DNA of 64,000 nt from NCBI GenBank assembly GCA_001643675.2, contig LSRY02000026.1, forward strand, positions 930,001 through 994,000. The letters run 5' to 3'. Position numbers and translations under genes: made by a program. This DNA comes from Monocercomonoides exilis PA203 (lineage: Eukaryota > Protista > Preaxostyla). Under the pieces are notes generated by a model that was not told the origin of the DNA, did no database searches, and saw only the letters and a list, made by a program, of their open reading frames with translations. Positions 62,603 through 64,000 of the stretch are shown piece by piece (the stretch's first letter is position 1; every line of letters begins with the position of its first letter).

Positions 62603-63766
62603 TTCTGGAGAAAGCTCACTTTCTTTCTGTGATTTGCCTTTCTCTCTGTTCTTTCTTTCCTTCCTTTGGCACAAAGTCGACTTTGTACTCACGCTTCCCT
62701 CATCTTTCGGAGCAAACCGCTCAATAATTTTCAAAATGAGTTTCTTCCACTTGCTCCACCCAGCTGCTGCAAAAGTTTCCTCTTTTTCTTCTTTGTTCTC
62801 ATTTTTGCCTTCTGCCATAGCTCCATCGCCGGCTCTTTCCCGATACCTTTTGGCTTCTCCTGATTCATCCGCTTTCTTGATTGCAAGTCGTATCAGCTCT
62901 CTTCCAATAATCATCTCGCCGACCACTCCTGTCTCATCCCTCTCCACAAAATTGAGGCACATTTCACCAATTGTGGCAGAGATCGCATCATTCCCATGCT
63001 CCATCATCACTTCCTTCACCACATCGAACAACGAGCCATCGCCAACAACTTTCAACGGAGAGGCTGAAATGGACAGCAGCAGAAAATTCCTCAGCAAAAT
63101 GATCACGACTTCTTTTTTGTATGTCGATCTAATCAAAACAATTAAAAACAAAAAATAATTTATTTAATATCTTTAAGAACGCAGGTTGATGATAGTCGTG
63201 AACCTGAGCAATCTGAGATTAATTTCAGCAAGTTTTTCCAAATTACTTTCCACGTTGTCAGATTTTATTTCGTTTTCAGCTTGGGAAAACACAATTTTCA
63301 ATTTTCAAATCTACTCAATAAATAAACCGTTAACAAAAAGATTCAAACAAACCAATAACATGTAAAGCCTCTGCAATCGTTTGAAACGCATGCTCCTCCT
63401 GCATCTCCATAAGTTCGTTTGCTGCTTCAAGAATTGCATTTATCTCTTCCAAGGAAAACGTATTTTTACTAAGTTCAAAAAATGTGTCCAAAAGCAGATT
63501 CTGCGCTTCGACATTCATCTTCCACTTTTTACAATATTCCATAAGTTGTAAATACAATTTTCTTTTTGATGAAGGATTTGTATCACTATAGCAGCCTTTC
63601 ACCTTTTTGCTTCATGCAGAAAAAGTGAATTTTCACCAACAAAAAAAAAAAAGCATTCAACAATTCATTGATATTGAAATAAATAGAATATATGCGAAAA
63701 TTGGATAATTATTGCAAACAGCAGATTCAATAGCGATTCACGCTCATCATTCACATTTTCCGACAT
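57534..63766 (-). CDS. Large multi-exon hypothetical protein, probably alpha-solenoid, with poly-Ser/poly-Glu insertions
   Basis: Collinear - strand ORFs (63330-63602, 61436-63151, 58598-61228, 57534-58349) are separated by AT-rich GT-AG introns. The putative first exon MSENVNDERESLLNL at 63766 splices in frame to LKKVKGCY. No family recognised. Confidence 0.7.
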
Positions 63767-64000
63767 TTATGCAAATCTTAAAACTCTGGGTATAAAAAAC
63801 ATACCACGAAATCATTGCAAAATATCTATATATTAATAATAATCACACATGCAATTGTGCGAGCTCACTGCTAATTATTGTTTTTATTGAGAACAAAATG
63901 ATAAAAACAATTCTCAGAAATAATAAAATGGGTGGTTTAACGTTTGGATTATAAATAAACAAAATTTAAAAAAAAAATGAAATGAAGCATTATTGAATGT

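Overview
Eukaryotic, AT-rich, intron-containing DNA. The short GT-AG introns with GTTTG/GTATG donors, very long poly-Ser tracts and the expanded gene families resemble an oxymonad such as Monocercomonoides; this assignment is inference. The left ~26 kb is accessory. It holds an intronless 30-aa tandem-repeat protein, one member of a three-copy helical-protein family, a cluster of non-autonomous DNA transposons (a GGG..CCC/ATAT-TSD MITE family and nested TA-TSD elements), a 2589-aa receptor-like pseudokinase and a 771-bp-arm inverted repeat. From 26 to 48 kb is a compact housekeeping block: ZMAT2/Snu23, CLUAP1/IFT38, a giant Fused/STK36 kinase, an importin-alpha-like gene and a Faf1/C1orf131-like gene. 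The right end has two more family paralogs, a foldback element and a large unknown multi-exon gene. The top finding is a 240-bp MITE inserted in a coding exon (6021-6260). Its internal GT plus a host AG define an exactly frame-restoring 244-nt intron, making it a candidate introner (intron-generating transposon). Related copies lie nearby.
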